From an uncultured Thermodesulfobacteriota bacterium (GTDB lineage Bacteria; Desulfobacterota; Desulfarculia; JACQYL01): 64,000 nucleotides of DNA. Below, piece by piece: positions 29,691 through 39,415 of this stretch. The position numbers were made by a program, and so were the translations under genes. The stretch spans positions 10,144-74,143 of the forward strand of contig CAZQXK010000005.1 in assembly GCA_964597345.1 (NCBI GenBank), written 5' to 3'. Position 1 is the stretch's first letter, and each line of letters starts with the position of its first letter. The notes below the pieces were generated by a model. The model saw only the letters and a list, made by a program, of their open reading frames with translations. It was not told the origin of the DNA and ran no database searches.

Positions 29691-31199
29691 CTAACCTATG
29701 GTTGCACACACCTGTTCAATGGCCTTGGCCATGGCCTCATCTTCGCGGCGGATGTCTTCCAGTGTCTTGGCCTGTACCTCGGGGGGTCTTTCCTCCAGGC
29801 CGTATTTCCACTTGAGGAACTGGATTCCGGTTGCAGGATAGATGGCCGTGATCAGGAGATCATAGTCGTCTTTGGCAAGATCTCCCACCCGCTTTCGGAC
29901 TTCGTTCAGTTCGGGTTCGAGATGATCCGCGGCTCTTCCTGTGACCGGAGTTTCGCCCCGCTTGTATCCTTTGAGGATCTTCTTCTGGATCTCGGCGGAT
30001 ATGGGTGTGGGCGTCCGGCCGTAGAGTCCGTATACCAGATCTTTGACCTGATTGGTTACAATATTATATTTGCCGAAGAGCACGTTCAACACGGCCTGGA
30101 CGCCCACGATCTGGGAAGTGGGTGTTACCAGCGGCGGAGTTCCCAGTTCTTTTCGGGTAACGGGCACCTCGGCGTATACCTCATCCAGCCGGTTCAGGGC
30201 ATTGTTCTCTTTGAGCTGACTCACCAAGTTGGAAATCATACCTCCGGGCACCTGATGCACCAACACGCCCGTGTCGATGACGGACATCTTGTGCTTGGCC
30301 AGGTAATCCCGATACTTGGGGGCTATCTGCTCGATGTGGTTTCCCATTTCCAGCAATAAGCCCAGGTCGAAGCCCGTATCCCGGTCCGTGCCGCTCAACG
30401 CCGCGACAATGGGTTCCACGGCAGGCTGGGAGGTCCGAAGCGCGAAAGGAGCGAGGCAGGTGTCCACGATGTCCACGCCGGCTTGAGCGGCCTCGAGGTA
30501 CACCATGGAACCCATGCCGCTCGTGTAATGCGTATGAAGATGAATAGGGATCGTGATGTGTTTCTTCAGCTCAGTGATCAGCTTTCGTATGTCCAGCGGA
30601 GCCATGATGCCGGCCATGTCCTTGATGCATAAGGTATCGGCTCCCATGTCCTGAAGTTCTTTGGCCTTGGACACGTAGTAATCCAGGTTGAACACCTCTC
30701 CGCCCATGTGGCGCCCAGTCAACGAGTAGCATATGGTCGCTTCAAATATTTTGCCGTTTGCCTTGATGCGTTCCACACATGTTTCAAAGTTACGAAAGTC
30801 GTTGAGTGCGTCGAAAGTTCGGAAAATATCGATTCCCACCTCCGATGCCTTATCCACAAATAGACGAACTACGTCGTCCGCGTAGTTGCGGTATCCAACC
30901 AAGTTCTGCCCTCGAAGTAACATAGAGAACGGGGTTTTCTTGATATATTTCTTCAAAGTTCGAACCCGTTCGAAGGGATCTTCTGCAAGAAACCTATGCA
31001 TGGTATCAAAGGTAGCGCCACCCCAAACTTCCATCGCCCAAAACCCCACGCTGTCCATCTTTTCAGCGATGGGAATCATGTCTTCGGTTCTCATTCGAGT
31101 GGCGAGCAGAGACTGGTGTCCGTCTCTAAAAGTATTGTCTTGAATCCTTAATGGATTCTTAGGTCCGCCTTCCATTAACTCGTTCATGTTTTCCTCCAT
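29691..31199 (-). CDS. Carboxyltransferase, oxaloacetate decarboxylase alpha / transcarboxylase 5S subunit family, without a biotinyl domain
   Basis: DTTFRDGHQS-like TIM-barrel start and conserved pyruvate carboxyltransferase core; 502 aa with no AMKM biotin motif; lower GC than its neighbours. Confidence 0.8.
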   Translation of the reverse strand: MEENMNELMEGGPKNPLRIQDNTFRDGHQSLLATRMRTEDMIPIAEKMDSVGFWAMEVWGGATFDTMHRFLAEDPFERVRTLKKYIKKTPFSMLLRGQNLVGYRNYADDVVRLFVDKASEVGIDIFRTFDALNDFRNFETCVERIKANGKIFEATICYSLTGRHMGGEVFNLDYYVSKAKELQDMGADTLCIKDMAGIMAPLDIRKLITELKKHITIPIHLHTHYTSGMGSMVYLEAAQAGVDIVDTCLAPFALRTSQPAVEPIVAALSGTDRDTGFDLGLLLEMGNHIEQIAPKYRDYLAKHKMSVIDTGVLVHQVPGGMISNLVSQLKENNALNRLDEVYAEVPVTRKELGTPPLVTPTSQIVGVQAVLNVLFGKYNIVTNQVKDLVYGLYGRTPTPISAEIQKKILKGYKRGETPVTGRAADHLEPELNEVRKRVGDLAKDDYDLLITAIYPATGIQFLKWKYGLEERPPEVQAKTLEDIRREDEAMAKAIEQVCATIG

Positions 31200-31351
31200 G
31201 CTGTGCAGCCGTTTTATCTAACGTATTTCACAAGTGGTTGAATGTTGAAAAGACAGTTACATGTGGAACCGATGAGGCTCAGCCTGGGTGGGGATAAGAA
31301 GGTTTCCGCCCCATCGGCTTCCTGCCCGGCGAGGTTCCAGAAATGGAACCC

Positions 31352-32263
31352 TTACTGTCCAATGGAGGACCGCAAGTCGGCGAGATGACGCACCCGTGCT
31401 TCGAGATTCAAAAGATACGCCGCTTCCGGTTGTTTCGGCGCAGGTTTGGTATCATACTCGAAAGCCTTGATTCGGTGGATGACATGTTCAATGTTTCCTT
31501 GTTCCGATTCCAGCAGGTTATCTACCCATTTCCTATACTCGCAGGCCCTTTTCAAAGACCGCCGGAGAAAGGTTGGGGCGTCTTTGTCCGTGTGTACGAA
31601 CAAGTGCCCTTGACACAATACCTCGACGTCCAGGGTCGCCAGGCGCCGAATGGAATTCACGTATGCTTCAAAATCCACCAGAAATTCCGTTACAATGTCT
31701 CCCGTCGTATCCATAACTCCAGCGGCTTCGGAAGCAATGAGAATTCTCTGTTCAGGTATGTAATAGCTCATCAGATCCCAGGTATGACCGGGAGTATGAA
31801 TAACTTCCACGGTCAATTCGGGTCCCAGAGAGATCCGTTGATTGTCTGATACGATCATATCCAAGTCAAAAGGGCGGAAAGGATCTTGGAGGACGTGTCC
31901 TTGATTCTCGATCCATGGTAGAGACAATATATTACGGTTCAAGGTTCCAATCAGCGCCTGGGCATTGGGGCGCTGGAGAATATCGCCGGCCTTGCGCGAG
32001 GCGGCAATGGTCAAGCCTGGGAACGATTCTTTCAAGTAGGCGGCGGAGCCACAGTGGTCATAATGTACGTGCGTGATAAAAAGAATTTCCGGCCGGCGGG
32101 ATCCCAAGATATCCTGAACGGCCTTTCGGTATACTTCTCCCAGACAGGTGAATCCGGCTTCAAACAACACGGGCCGTTCGCCGTCCAGGAGATAGACCGG
32201 CACCGACGCTTCGCCCAACACGTACAGATTGTTTCGCACATGCCCAGTGCCGCTGAAAACCAA
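31352..32263 (-). CDS. MBL-fold metallo-hydrolase
   Basis: THVHYDHCG metal-binding motif. Confidence 0.75.
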   Translation of the reverse strand: MVFSGTGHVRNNLYVLGEASVPVYLLDGERPVLFEAGFTCLGEVYRKAVQDILGSRRPEILFITHVHYDHCGSAAYLKESFPGLTIAASRKAGDILQRPNAQALIGTLNRNILSLPWIENQGHVLQDPFRPFDLDMIVSDNQRISLGPELTVEVIHTPGHTWDLMSYYIPEQRILIASEAAGVMDTTGDIVTEFLVDFEAYVNSIRRLATLDVEVLCQGHLFVHTDKDAPTFLRRSLKRACEYRKWVDNLLESEQGNIEHVIHRIKAFEYDTKPAPKQPEAAYLLNLEARVRHLADLRSSIGQ

Positions 32264-32304
32264 TGTGTTTTCCTCAATGGTTCCGGGGAGCCTGCCGAAT
32301 CCCG

Positions 32305-32368
32305 GCGGGCTGTTGAAAAAGGCGATCTCCCGTCACGCCTTCGGCGTGACGATTCATCCGGACGCAAA
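32305..32368 (+). mobile_element. MITE-like repeat, left-end fragment (copy 5, ~65 bp)
   Basis: GGGCTGTTGAAAAAGGCGATCTCCCGTCACGCCTTCGGCGTGACGATTCATCC; lies ~40 bp upstream of the MBL hydrolase start. Confidence 0.6.
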
Positions 32369-32577
32369 AACCTCCGAACGGGAAACGGAGAAAAAACGTC
32401 TTCCTGCTCCTCAACCCGTTTCCGGGTGCGTATCGGAAGATGAACATAGCAATGAACCGCCGGTAGTGTCAATGCTATGCGGCAGTTTGGAATGGGCTCC
32501 GCCGACTCAGGGAGATGAAGCCGGGGAAGCATGTTCGGGAGGGAAAGCGTGCTTGGAATCGCCCCGGGAGGGGGAGT

Positions 32578-32732
32578 TAACAGGCCGCTGAAAAACGCGA
32601 TCTGCTTCGTTGGGCTTCATCTTTCGGCATTGCGGCGTACTGGTTGTACGCCTCATTCCTCAGGATTCGCCCGCCTTGCATCTCGTCGTTTTTGACCGGC
32701 CTGCCCGTAATGCTGTTTATCCACGGCTGTTA
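32578..32732 (+). mobile_element. MITE-like repeat copy 6 (full, clean TA flanks)
   Basis: TA|ACAGGCCGCTGAAAAACGCGATCTGC...GGCGTACTGGTTGTACGCC...CTGCCCGTAATGCTGTTTATCCACGGCTGT|TA. Confidence 0.85.
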
Positions 32733-32737
32733 AGGAT

Positions 32738-33445
32738 CTAAGACGAACGGCTTGCAGGGGGCCGGGGGCCGCCTGTCTTTCTGTACCGCGCAGCGATACG
32801 ATTCGGAGAAACCCTCAACAGGTAGGATAGGATGACAACTTGATTTTTCATCGTGGTTTTCCAAAGTCCCCAGGCGGCCCATCGCCGGCCCGAGGTAAGC
32901 ACGCGTTTCCGGACGATGGCGATTCGACCGAAACGGCGGACGCGTCTCATGAACGCGAAGTCTTCCATAATGGGAAGTTCAGGAAAGCCTCCCAGCCGCC
33001 GAAAGACCTCGGCGCGCACAAACACGGCCTGATCCCCGTAAGGCAGCTTAAAAAGTCTCGAACGCCAATCGGCCAGGCGCTCGATGCAGCGTATTCCGCG
33101 GCATTCCAGATCTATACCCAATAGAAACGCCCCTGCGGCCACGTCGGGGCGAGAAAGCACCCGTCGGACATGCTCATCGAATCCCACGGGAAGAAGTGTG
33201 TCCGCGTGCAGAAAGAGCAGGGCGCCGCCGGAAGCGGCCCGAGCGCCTTCGTTCATCTGTGCGGCCCTGCCCCGCTTTGCGACCAGCACGCGCGCCCCCG
33301 ATCCCAACGCCGTTTGTACCGTGCCGTCCATACTTCCGCCGTCCACGACGAGGATCTCCACATCCGAAGCGGCCCGGGCCCGCTCCAGGACCGGCGGCAG
33401 TGTGAATTCTTCATCGAGGGCCGGGATGACGATGGAAATGCGCAT
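32738..33445 (-). CDS. Glycosyltransferase family 2
   Basis: ISIVIPALDEE start, DGGSMDGT and DxD-like ED motifs. Confidence 0.75.
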   Translation of the reverse strand: MRISIVIPALDEEFTLPPVLERARAASDVEILVVDGGSMDGTVQTALGSGARVLVAKRGRAAQMNEGARAASGGALLFLHADTLLPVGFDEHVRRVLSRPDVAAGAFLLGIDLECRGIRCIERLADWRSRLFKLPYGDQAVFVRAEVFRRLGGFPELPIMEDFAFMRRVRRFGRIAIVRKRVLTSGRRWAAWGLWKTTMKNQVVILSYLLRVSPNRIAARYRKTGGPRPPASRSS

Positions 33446-33519
33446 GGGTAAGTCCGTCCTTTGTGACATCCGACCGGCCCGGCCGCAAAACCGGATGTAC
33501 CGGCGTCTCGTTCCCTAAG

Positions 33520-34281
33520 TTATTCTTCCTCCGTGTCGAGGAGCCAAACGAGGGTTCCGCGGGGACGAACGCCGGCCACCGGAAACGTGCGGGCGGCTTT
33601 CTCGGGCCGATCCCATATGGAATGGATCACACGGGCTTTGCGGGCTCCCGAAGCCAGAATCAGGACGCAGCGGGCTCGATTGATGGCGGGAAGAGTCAGT
33701 GTGATGCGCGGCAGGAGGGGAGGCAGAAGCGGGTGCGGTTCATGCAGTACCCAGCGCGCGCGTTCTTTCAGCAACGGTGATTCCGGGAAAAGCGATGCCG
33801 TGTGGCCGTCCGATCCTACGCCCAGCAAGGTCACATCGAAGGTGGGTGCTTCGTCGCGGGAGTGAACTCCTTGCTCTCCCTCATCCAAGCAACCGAAAAA
33901 TGCGCGGAGTTCCCGTTCGTAGGTCTTGGCCGCCTCTTCCGGGGCACTGAGTCCGACGGGAACGGGATGGATGTTCTCGCTGGGTATGGGCACCTTCGAA
34001 AGGAGCGTATCGAAGGCCGAGGCGTAGTTGCTGAAAGAGCTTTCGGGAGATGCGATCCGTTCATCCCCCCAGAAGACGTGTGATGACTCCCATGGAAACT
34101 CCCGGGTCATGGAAGGAGTTGCCAAGCGCCTGTAGAGCGGTATGGGGGTGGAGCCTCCTGATAGAACCAGTGTGAACACACCTCGAAGGCGTACGCTTTC
34201 CTTGGCGTGTGCCAGAATCAGATCGGCCGCCGCGCGCCCCAGCTCCCCCGCCGGAGTATGGACGCGTAGTTCAACGTGCAT
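33520..34281 (-). CDS. pgl: 6-phosphogluconolactonase
   Basis: LSGGSTP, WGDER and LLGVGSDGHTASLFP motifs. Confidence 0.8.
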   Translation of the reverse strand: MHVELRVHTPAGELGRAAADLILAHAKESVRLRGVFTLVLSGGSTPIPLYRRLATPSMTREFPWESSHVFWGDERIASPESSFSNYASAFDTLLSKVPIPSENIHPVPVGLSAPEEAAKTYERELRAFFGCLDEGEQGVHSRDEAPTFDVTLLGVGSDGHTASLFPESPLLKERARWVLHEPHPLLPPLLPRITLTLPAINRARCVLILASGARKARVIHSIWDRPEKAARTFPVAGVRPRGTLVWLLDTEEE

Positions 34282-34295
34282 GGGCCGTTTGGTCC

Positions 34296-35909
34296 TCAGT
34301 CGTTTTCAACGTGCTCTCTCAACTCCATTCTGGGGTCTGTGGAAGGAGGCCCCCAGCTTCCGGCAGGGTAGAACCCCAAGAGCGAACCCGGATCGGAGCA
34401 GGCTTCGCATTGCTGGAGAATGGGACTGACGTAAGCCCAACAGACTTCCACACCATCCTGTCTCCAGAAGAGCATACGGTCTCCGGCGATGCAGTCGAGG
34501 ACCGCTTTTTCGTATGCATCCAGACGGGTTCCGGGATAGTGGGTGTTGTACTGGAAATCCATGCTGACGGATCTCAGGCAAAGTCGTGGTCCGGGTACCT
34601 TGGCCTGGAAAGAAAGCTCGATTCGCTCCGAGGGCTGGATGCAAAAGGTGAGAATGTTTTCTGAAATGTGTTCCCCCAGAACGTTTCGAAACATGGAATG
34701 CGGCACCGCTTTGAAATGGACGACAATATGGGTTGTTTTCCGAGCCAAGCGCTTGCCTGTTGAAATATAGAAGGGAACGCCCTGCCAACGCCAGTTGTCG
34801 ATAAACACCTTTGTCATGGCATAGGTGGGAGTGGTCGAATTCGGAGGTATGTGCTTTTCCTGTCTGTATCCAAGTACCGGTAGTCCGCGAACGTGGCCGG
34901 GTCCATATTGCCCCAAAAGGATGTTGCCCCTCAAGTCCCCGGTGGGAAAGGGTTTCAACGATCGAAACACCTTGACTTTCTCGTCTTGTACATAGCTGGC
35001 TTCGAAACGTGACGGAGCTTCCATGGCCGTCAAAGCCAGCAGTTGCATCATGTGGTTTTGGAACATGTCCCTGAGAACGCCTGCCTGATCGTAGTAACCC
35101 GCACGTTCGCCCACGCCGGTTTCTTCGGCTGCCGTGATATGCACATGATTAATGTGTTGGCGATTCCAGAGCGGTTCGAAGACGGAATTGGCGAATCGGA
35201 ACATCAGGATGTTTTGGACTGTTTCCTTGGCGAGGAAATGGTCCATTCGGAAAATCTGGTCTTCACGGAAATGTCTCAGCAGGCTTGCGTTCAGTTCCAC
35301 AGCGGAGTCGTAGTCGTGTCCGAAAGGTTTTTCGACGACGATTCGGACCCATCCTGCTTCTTCCCGGTTTTCCGAAGCCATGCCGGCCTCTCCGACGGCT
35401 TGTCCCATGTCTTTATAAAGCGTTGGAGGCGTAGCGAAATAGAAGACGCGGTTTCCGTGGAGATGATGCGCTCGTTCCATTTTCCCCAGCAGGGTGTCCA
35501 ATTCCCGAAAGGCATCCGTGTTGTCGTATTGGATTGGTCGGTAAAACAGGATGGATGCAAAAGATTCCCAGGTGGAGCCCAACTCGTGTCCTTGCCCGGA
35601 AAGAGCTTCCTTCATGACGGTTCGGAAGTGGTCGTCGGTCATAACGGTCCTGCCGCAGCCGAGCACGAAGAACGGTTTCGGAAGTCTTTCTTGTGTGAAG
35701 AGCCGATACAGGGATGGAATGAGTTTTTGCCGGGTTAAGTCTCCGGATGCCCCCAGAATGATAAAGGCGCAAGGTTCCAGTTTCGGCAGGGTCGAGTCCG
35801 GACCGCACGATTCCTCGGGTCGGGACGGATGACTTCCGTCTTGAGGAGGTATGGGTGCCGTCTGACCGTCGTGATTGGGCGCCATCAGGATACCTCTTTC
35901 AGGATTCAT
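34296..35909 (-). CDS. zwf: Glucose-6-phosphate 1-dehydrogenase
   Basis: ILGASGDLT dinucleotide motif, RIDHFLAKE-type active site (RMDHFLAKE), full-length similarity. Confidence 0.9.
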   Translation of the reverse strand: MNPERGILMAPNHDGQTAPIPPQDGSHPSRPEESCGPDSTLPKLEPCAFIILGASGDLTRQKLIPSLYRLFTQERLPKPFFVLGCGRTVMTDDHFRTVMKEALSGQGHELGSTWESFASILFYRPIQYDNTDAFRELDTLLGKMERAHHLHGNRVFYFATPPTLYKDMGQAVGEAGMASENREEAGWVRIVVEKPFGHDYDSAVELNASLLRHFREDQIFRMDHFLAKETVQNILMFRFANSVFEPLWNRQHINHVHITAAEETGVGERAGYYDQAGVLRDMFQNHMMQLLALTAMEAPSRFEASYVQDEKVKVFRSLKPFPTGDLRGNILLGQYGPGHVRGLPVLGYRQEKHIPPNSTTPTYAMTKVFIDNWRWQGVPFYISTGKRLARKTTHIVVHFKAVPHSMFRNVLGEHISENILTFCIQPSERIELSFQAKVPGPRLCLRSVSMDFQYNTHYPGTRLDAYEKAVLDCIAGDRMLFWRQDGVEVCWAYVSPILQQCEACSDPGSLLGFYPAGSWGPPSTDPRMELREHVEND

Positions 35910-36819
35910 CCGCTAAACCGGAGACTAGTACGGAATGGCCTCCAAACTCCCTGCGCAGGGCCGCGACCACTTTGTCCGAGAATCGATCTTGCTGACGGGA
36001 CAAGAAACGCTGCATCAGGGACAGGGTGATGACCGGAGCGGCGACCCCCGTTTCCATCGCCTCTTCCACCGTCCACCTTCCTTCCCCTGAATCTTCCACG
36101 TAACCCCGAATTCGCTGCAATCGTCCGTCGTCGGCAAACGCGGACTCCAGGAGTTCCAGAAGCCACGAACGGATGACGCTTCCCCGGTTCCACAGGCGCG
36201 CAACGGATGCGTAGTTCAGTGAATCCTTGTATTGGGAGGATTCGAGCAGGGCGAACCCTTCGCCATAGGCCTGCATCATGCCGTATTCGATTCCATTGTG
36301 GATCATCTTCACGAAGTGTCCGGCTCCGGCGAATCCGCAGTAAAGATGGCCCGTGGGAGAGGCCAGCGTGTCCAAAACAGGTCCCAGAAACCGCACATCA
36401 TCGGGATCCCCCCCAAGCATGATGCAATAACCGTTTTCCAGGCCCCATACACCTCCACTGACTCCCGCGTCCACGTAACGGATTCCCACGGTCGCAAGAT
36501 CGTGGAACCTCCTCAGGTCGTCTCGGTAGTGCGTATTTCCACCTTCCACCACCAGATCCCCGGAGGTCAACAAGCGTTTCAGGTCTGCCAGGTGCTCATC
36601 TACAACCGTACCGGCGGGCAGCATCAGCCAAACCACCCTGGGAGGAGTCAGCTGTTCCACAACGGCTTCGAGGGAAGGCGCCCCGGATGCTCCTTCCCGC
36701 ATGATTTCTTCCGTCTTGGCAAACGAACGATTGTAGGCCACCACCTCGTGATTTCCCCGCAGCAGACGCCGAGCCATGTTCATGCCCATACGTCCCAATC
36801 CTACCATTCCGATACGCAC
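35899..36819 (-). CDS. gnd: 6-phosphogluconate dehydrogenase (decarboxylating), short YqeC/Gnd-like form
   Basis: MRIGMVGLGRMGMNMA Rossmann start and GHFVKMIHNGIEYG motif. Confidence 0.85.
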   Translation of the reverse strand: MRIGMVGLGRMGMNMARRLLRGNHEVVAYNRSFAKTEEIMREGASGAPSLEAVVEQLTPPRVVWLMLPAGTVVDEHLADLKRLLTSGDLVVEGGNTHYRDDLRRFHDLATVGIRYVDAGVSGGVWGLENGYCIMLGGDPDDVRFLGPVLDTLASPTGHLYCGFAGAGHFVKMIHNGIEYGMMQAYGEGFALLESSQYKDSLNYASVARLWNRGSVIRSWLLELLESAFADDGRLQRIRGYVEDSGEGRWTVEEAMETGVAAPVITLSLMQRFLSRQQDRFSDKVVAALRREFGGHSVLVSGLADES

Positions 36820-36937
36820 CTGAGACCTCCTTGGGTCGATTCCCGGAAGAAACCTCTCGCCGCGACTCTCGGTTTTGCCGTTCCGACATGTGTCTCGGCC
36901 GGCGACGAACGCGAAGTTGGATATCCGGGTTTATAAG

Positions 36938-37675
36938 TCAACGAAACACTTCAATGAAGTCCAACCACGCGAGCGCCCGTTCCCCTGTATCGTCCGAGTC
37001 GCTCATGATACCTATGGTGGCGATTTCCGGAGGATCCGCACCAAAGGCTCTACGATAATCCGACAAAACATCGACTTCTTCGATAAGCCAACGGCCGACC
37101 TCTCCGTCTCCTTGCCGCAACGGGATCATTCGGGCTCGATCCGAGTAGGGGTTCGTGAGAATTCCGGCTTCGTGCGAACGATTGGCCCATACGTAATTCA
37201 GTGTGCTGTCCGGGGGATATTCTCCGAAAAAGATTCTCGCCAGCTCATACTTCGCTCTGTCAAGAAAACCTATCCGGCTTGGATCATATTGGAACAACAC
37301 GTAGATCCGGAGTGGGTAGTCGTCCCCTGCCTTGGTTCCCGTGTCGCCTCCTTTGTATACGTTATCGATTTTCCATCTCCATCGAAGTCTCGGGTATTGG
37401 AACACCGAGTATGTCTCATTCCAAACCAGTCCGGATGCCGACTGGTGCGATTCGGCCTTGAGGTGTGTGTGTTCCCCGAAGGTCTCTATGCTGTACCGTG
37501 TGTGCCGTTCGATACCCCGGAAATGGACGGGTCGCCACTGATCCAGCGTGTTGAATTCTTCGCGGAATCGTAGAAATTCTCCGGTAAGACCCATGTTCGC
37601 AGGAAATACGCATGGAGTCAAAACACACAAGATCCATAGGAGGCCCCGGGCGAGCGGCGGTATGATTGACAAGGT
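36938..37675 (-). CDS. DUF3047 family protein with signal peptide (start uncertain)
   Basis: DUF3047-like core (YPLRIYVLF...GEYPPDSTLNYVW); hydrophobic LARGLLWILCVLTPCVFPA signal; the upstream Arg-rich extension in the track looks spurious. Confidence 0.5.
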   Translation of the reverse strand, partial: TLSIIPPLARGLLWILCVLTPCVFPANMGLTGEFLRFREEFNTLDQWRPVHFRGIERHTRYSIETFGEHTHLKAESHQSASGLVWNETYSVFQYPRLRWRWKIDNVYKGGDTGTKAGDDYPLRIYVLFQYDPSRIGFLDRAKYELARIFFGEYPPDSTLNYVWANRSHEAGILTNPYSDRARMIPLRQGDGEVGRWLIEEVDVLSDYRRAFGADPPEIATIGIMSDSDDTGERALAWLDFIEVFR

Positions 37676-37746
37676 TCGGGAACGGGCCGTCCGCCCGGTC
37701 CTGCTGCAACGGTGGGTTTCGTGGAAACGAGGGAACCGGGGTCTTG

Positions 37747-38268
37747 TCAGGAGACGCCGATCCAGCTCCGCAGGGAGGGAAGATCCTCGGAAATCCATTC
37801 TGCGCCGAGCCTCCGCTCGATGAATACGGTGAACAGGCTTTCCATGATTTGAAGAGGTACTTCCATCAGGTACAGGCGTTCCAGAAGACGACCTTCGATG
37901 CCGGATTCCTCCTCTTCTTGAGACATGATGCGGGGAAGCCTCATGGATTGAAACACGAAACCGTCCCCTTTGAAGGTGAACTCCCACTCCTGATGGCCTT
38001 TGCCCAGAAGCAGCCGAGCCTCCCGGACCTTCTTTCCTTCCCGCAACGCCGCCTTTCCTTCCTTGAGATCCGCATGGAGCCCCTGGCAGAGGACCGTTTC
38101 GGTATATTCGCCGTCACCGGCTTCAAGAATCACCCGCTTGTGAAACACTACGGTCACATCCCCTTGTCCGGGAACGAATACACTGCCCCCCCGTTCTTCG
38201 CTCTTGTACCACAGCCAAGTGAGGAATTCTCGACTAAGGGTTCTGGATTGGATTGAGAACTCGGTCAC
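37747..38268 (-). pseudogene. rdgC: Recombination-associated protein RdgC, C-terminal portion (gene split by MITE copy 7)
   Basis: SREFLTWLWYKS...GKAALREGKKVREARLLLGKGHQEWEFTFKGDGFVFQSMRL aligns with the E. coli RdgC C-terminal half (ELTLTEWVRS...[30 protein letters not shown]). Confidence 0.55.
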
Positions 38269-38350
38269 GTCCGTATCTCCATGGGCCCGAGCAAAGACCC
38301 TTCTGTGTCGGCGCAGACACCGTGGCGCTCGAACCCTCTCCGCCGCAGCT

Positions 38351-38518
38351 TACCAAGCTGTTGAAAAACGCGATCTGCTTTCACGCCTTTGGCGTGACGC
38401 TTCATCCTTCGTTCTTGCGGCGTACTGGTTGTGCGCCTCATTCCTCAGGATTCGCGCGCCTTGCATCTCATCGTTTTTGAACAGCCTGCCCGAAATGCTG
38501 TTTTTCAACGGGTCGTTA
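38351..38518 (+). mobile_element. MITE-like repeat copy 7 (full), inserted between the two rdgC fragments
   Basis: TA|CCAAGCTGTTGAAAAACGCGATCTGC, TCACGCCTTTGGCGTGAC hairpin, ...CAACGGGTCGT|TA. Confidence 0.85.
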
Positions 38519-38602
38519 CATGCCGCATTGCGTGCGATTCGTGCGTCTTGCATCCGGTCGCCTCTTTTATGACCGCCGACACGCCCGGTTTGGATCGGGT
38601 GG

Positions 38603-39202
38603 TCAGACTAAGGATTCGGGGACCAGCCTTTCCAGAGGACCGCGTATCTTTTCGGGGAGAAGCGCCGGATCCCAGGGGACAAAGGGAACGACATCCATGT
38701 CGAAGGAGCGCTTGAACAGCTTCTCGAAGTCTTTTCGAACCGATTCCGACACGGAGCAGAACAGGAGCCATCGACCTGAAACGGACCAGCATACATCGAT
38801 CAACGTGGGAACCGGCATCATTTTCGATAACAGGATTTCCCGAACCCGATCCTTGATTTCAGCTCTTTCTTCCCTGGAAAGAAACTTCCGTTCCGAGGCA
38901 AGTCGGATCCGCGCCTCCGCTTCCAGGATCTGTTTCTTGAGGAGCGCCGGAGGAACGGCTCGGCGGTCGATACGGAGCGAAAAGGCCAAGAACTCACCTA
39001 CCGCATAGGGCGCCTGCTCAAAGTCCGTATCGACGATACTTCCAAGGCCGACCCAACCCGTGGTCTTTTCTTCGACAACTCCCTCCAACTCCTGAAAGGC
39101 GAACTTCTTGAGACGTTGGTGGACAAACTCCCGGAAAGAAGACGGCTCTTCTCCTTCAATGCGGTACTTAACGAATGTGACGGTCCCTTTTAGCAAAGCC
39201 AT
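38603..39202 (-). pseudogene. rdgC: RdgC, N-terminal portion (~residues 1-180 of the RdgC family)
   Basis: MALLKGTVTFVKYRI...HQRLKKFAFQELEGVVEEKTTGWVGLGS aligns with E. coli MLWFKNLMVYRL...[28 protein letters not shown]; ends in a non-homologous 20-aa tail before the stop. Confidence 0.6.
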
Positions 39203-39282
39203 GGTGTTGGAAGACGATCTCCATGTAAGGGTTTTCGGGGGGGGAAGGCGCGATCCCCCCAACGTCGAACCTCATCCAGCCT

Positions 39283-39380
39283 TACCAGGCCGTTGAAAAA
39301 CAAGAGCTACCGTCATGCCTTTGGCGTGACGCTTCGTCTTTCGTTCTTGCGGCGTACTGTATGTACGCCTCGTTCCTCTT
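39283..39380 (+). mobile_element. MITE-like repeat copy 8 (left ~100 bp only; truncated)
   Basis: TA|CCAGGCCGTTGAAAAACAAGAGC...GTCATGCCTTTGGCGTGAC...TTGCGGCGTACTGTATGTACGCCTCGTTCCTC, then the homology stops. Confidence 0.7.
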
Positions 39381-39415
39381 ATCGACATTCGAGCGTACCT
39401 GTAGGCGCCGGACCG

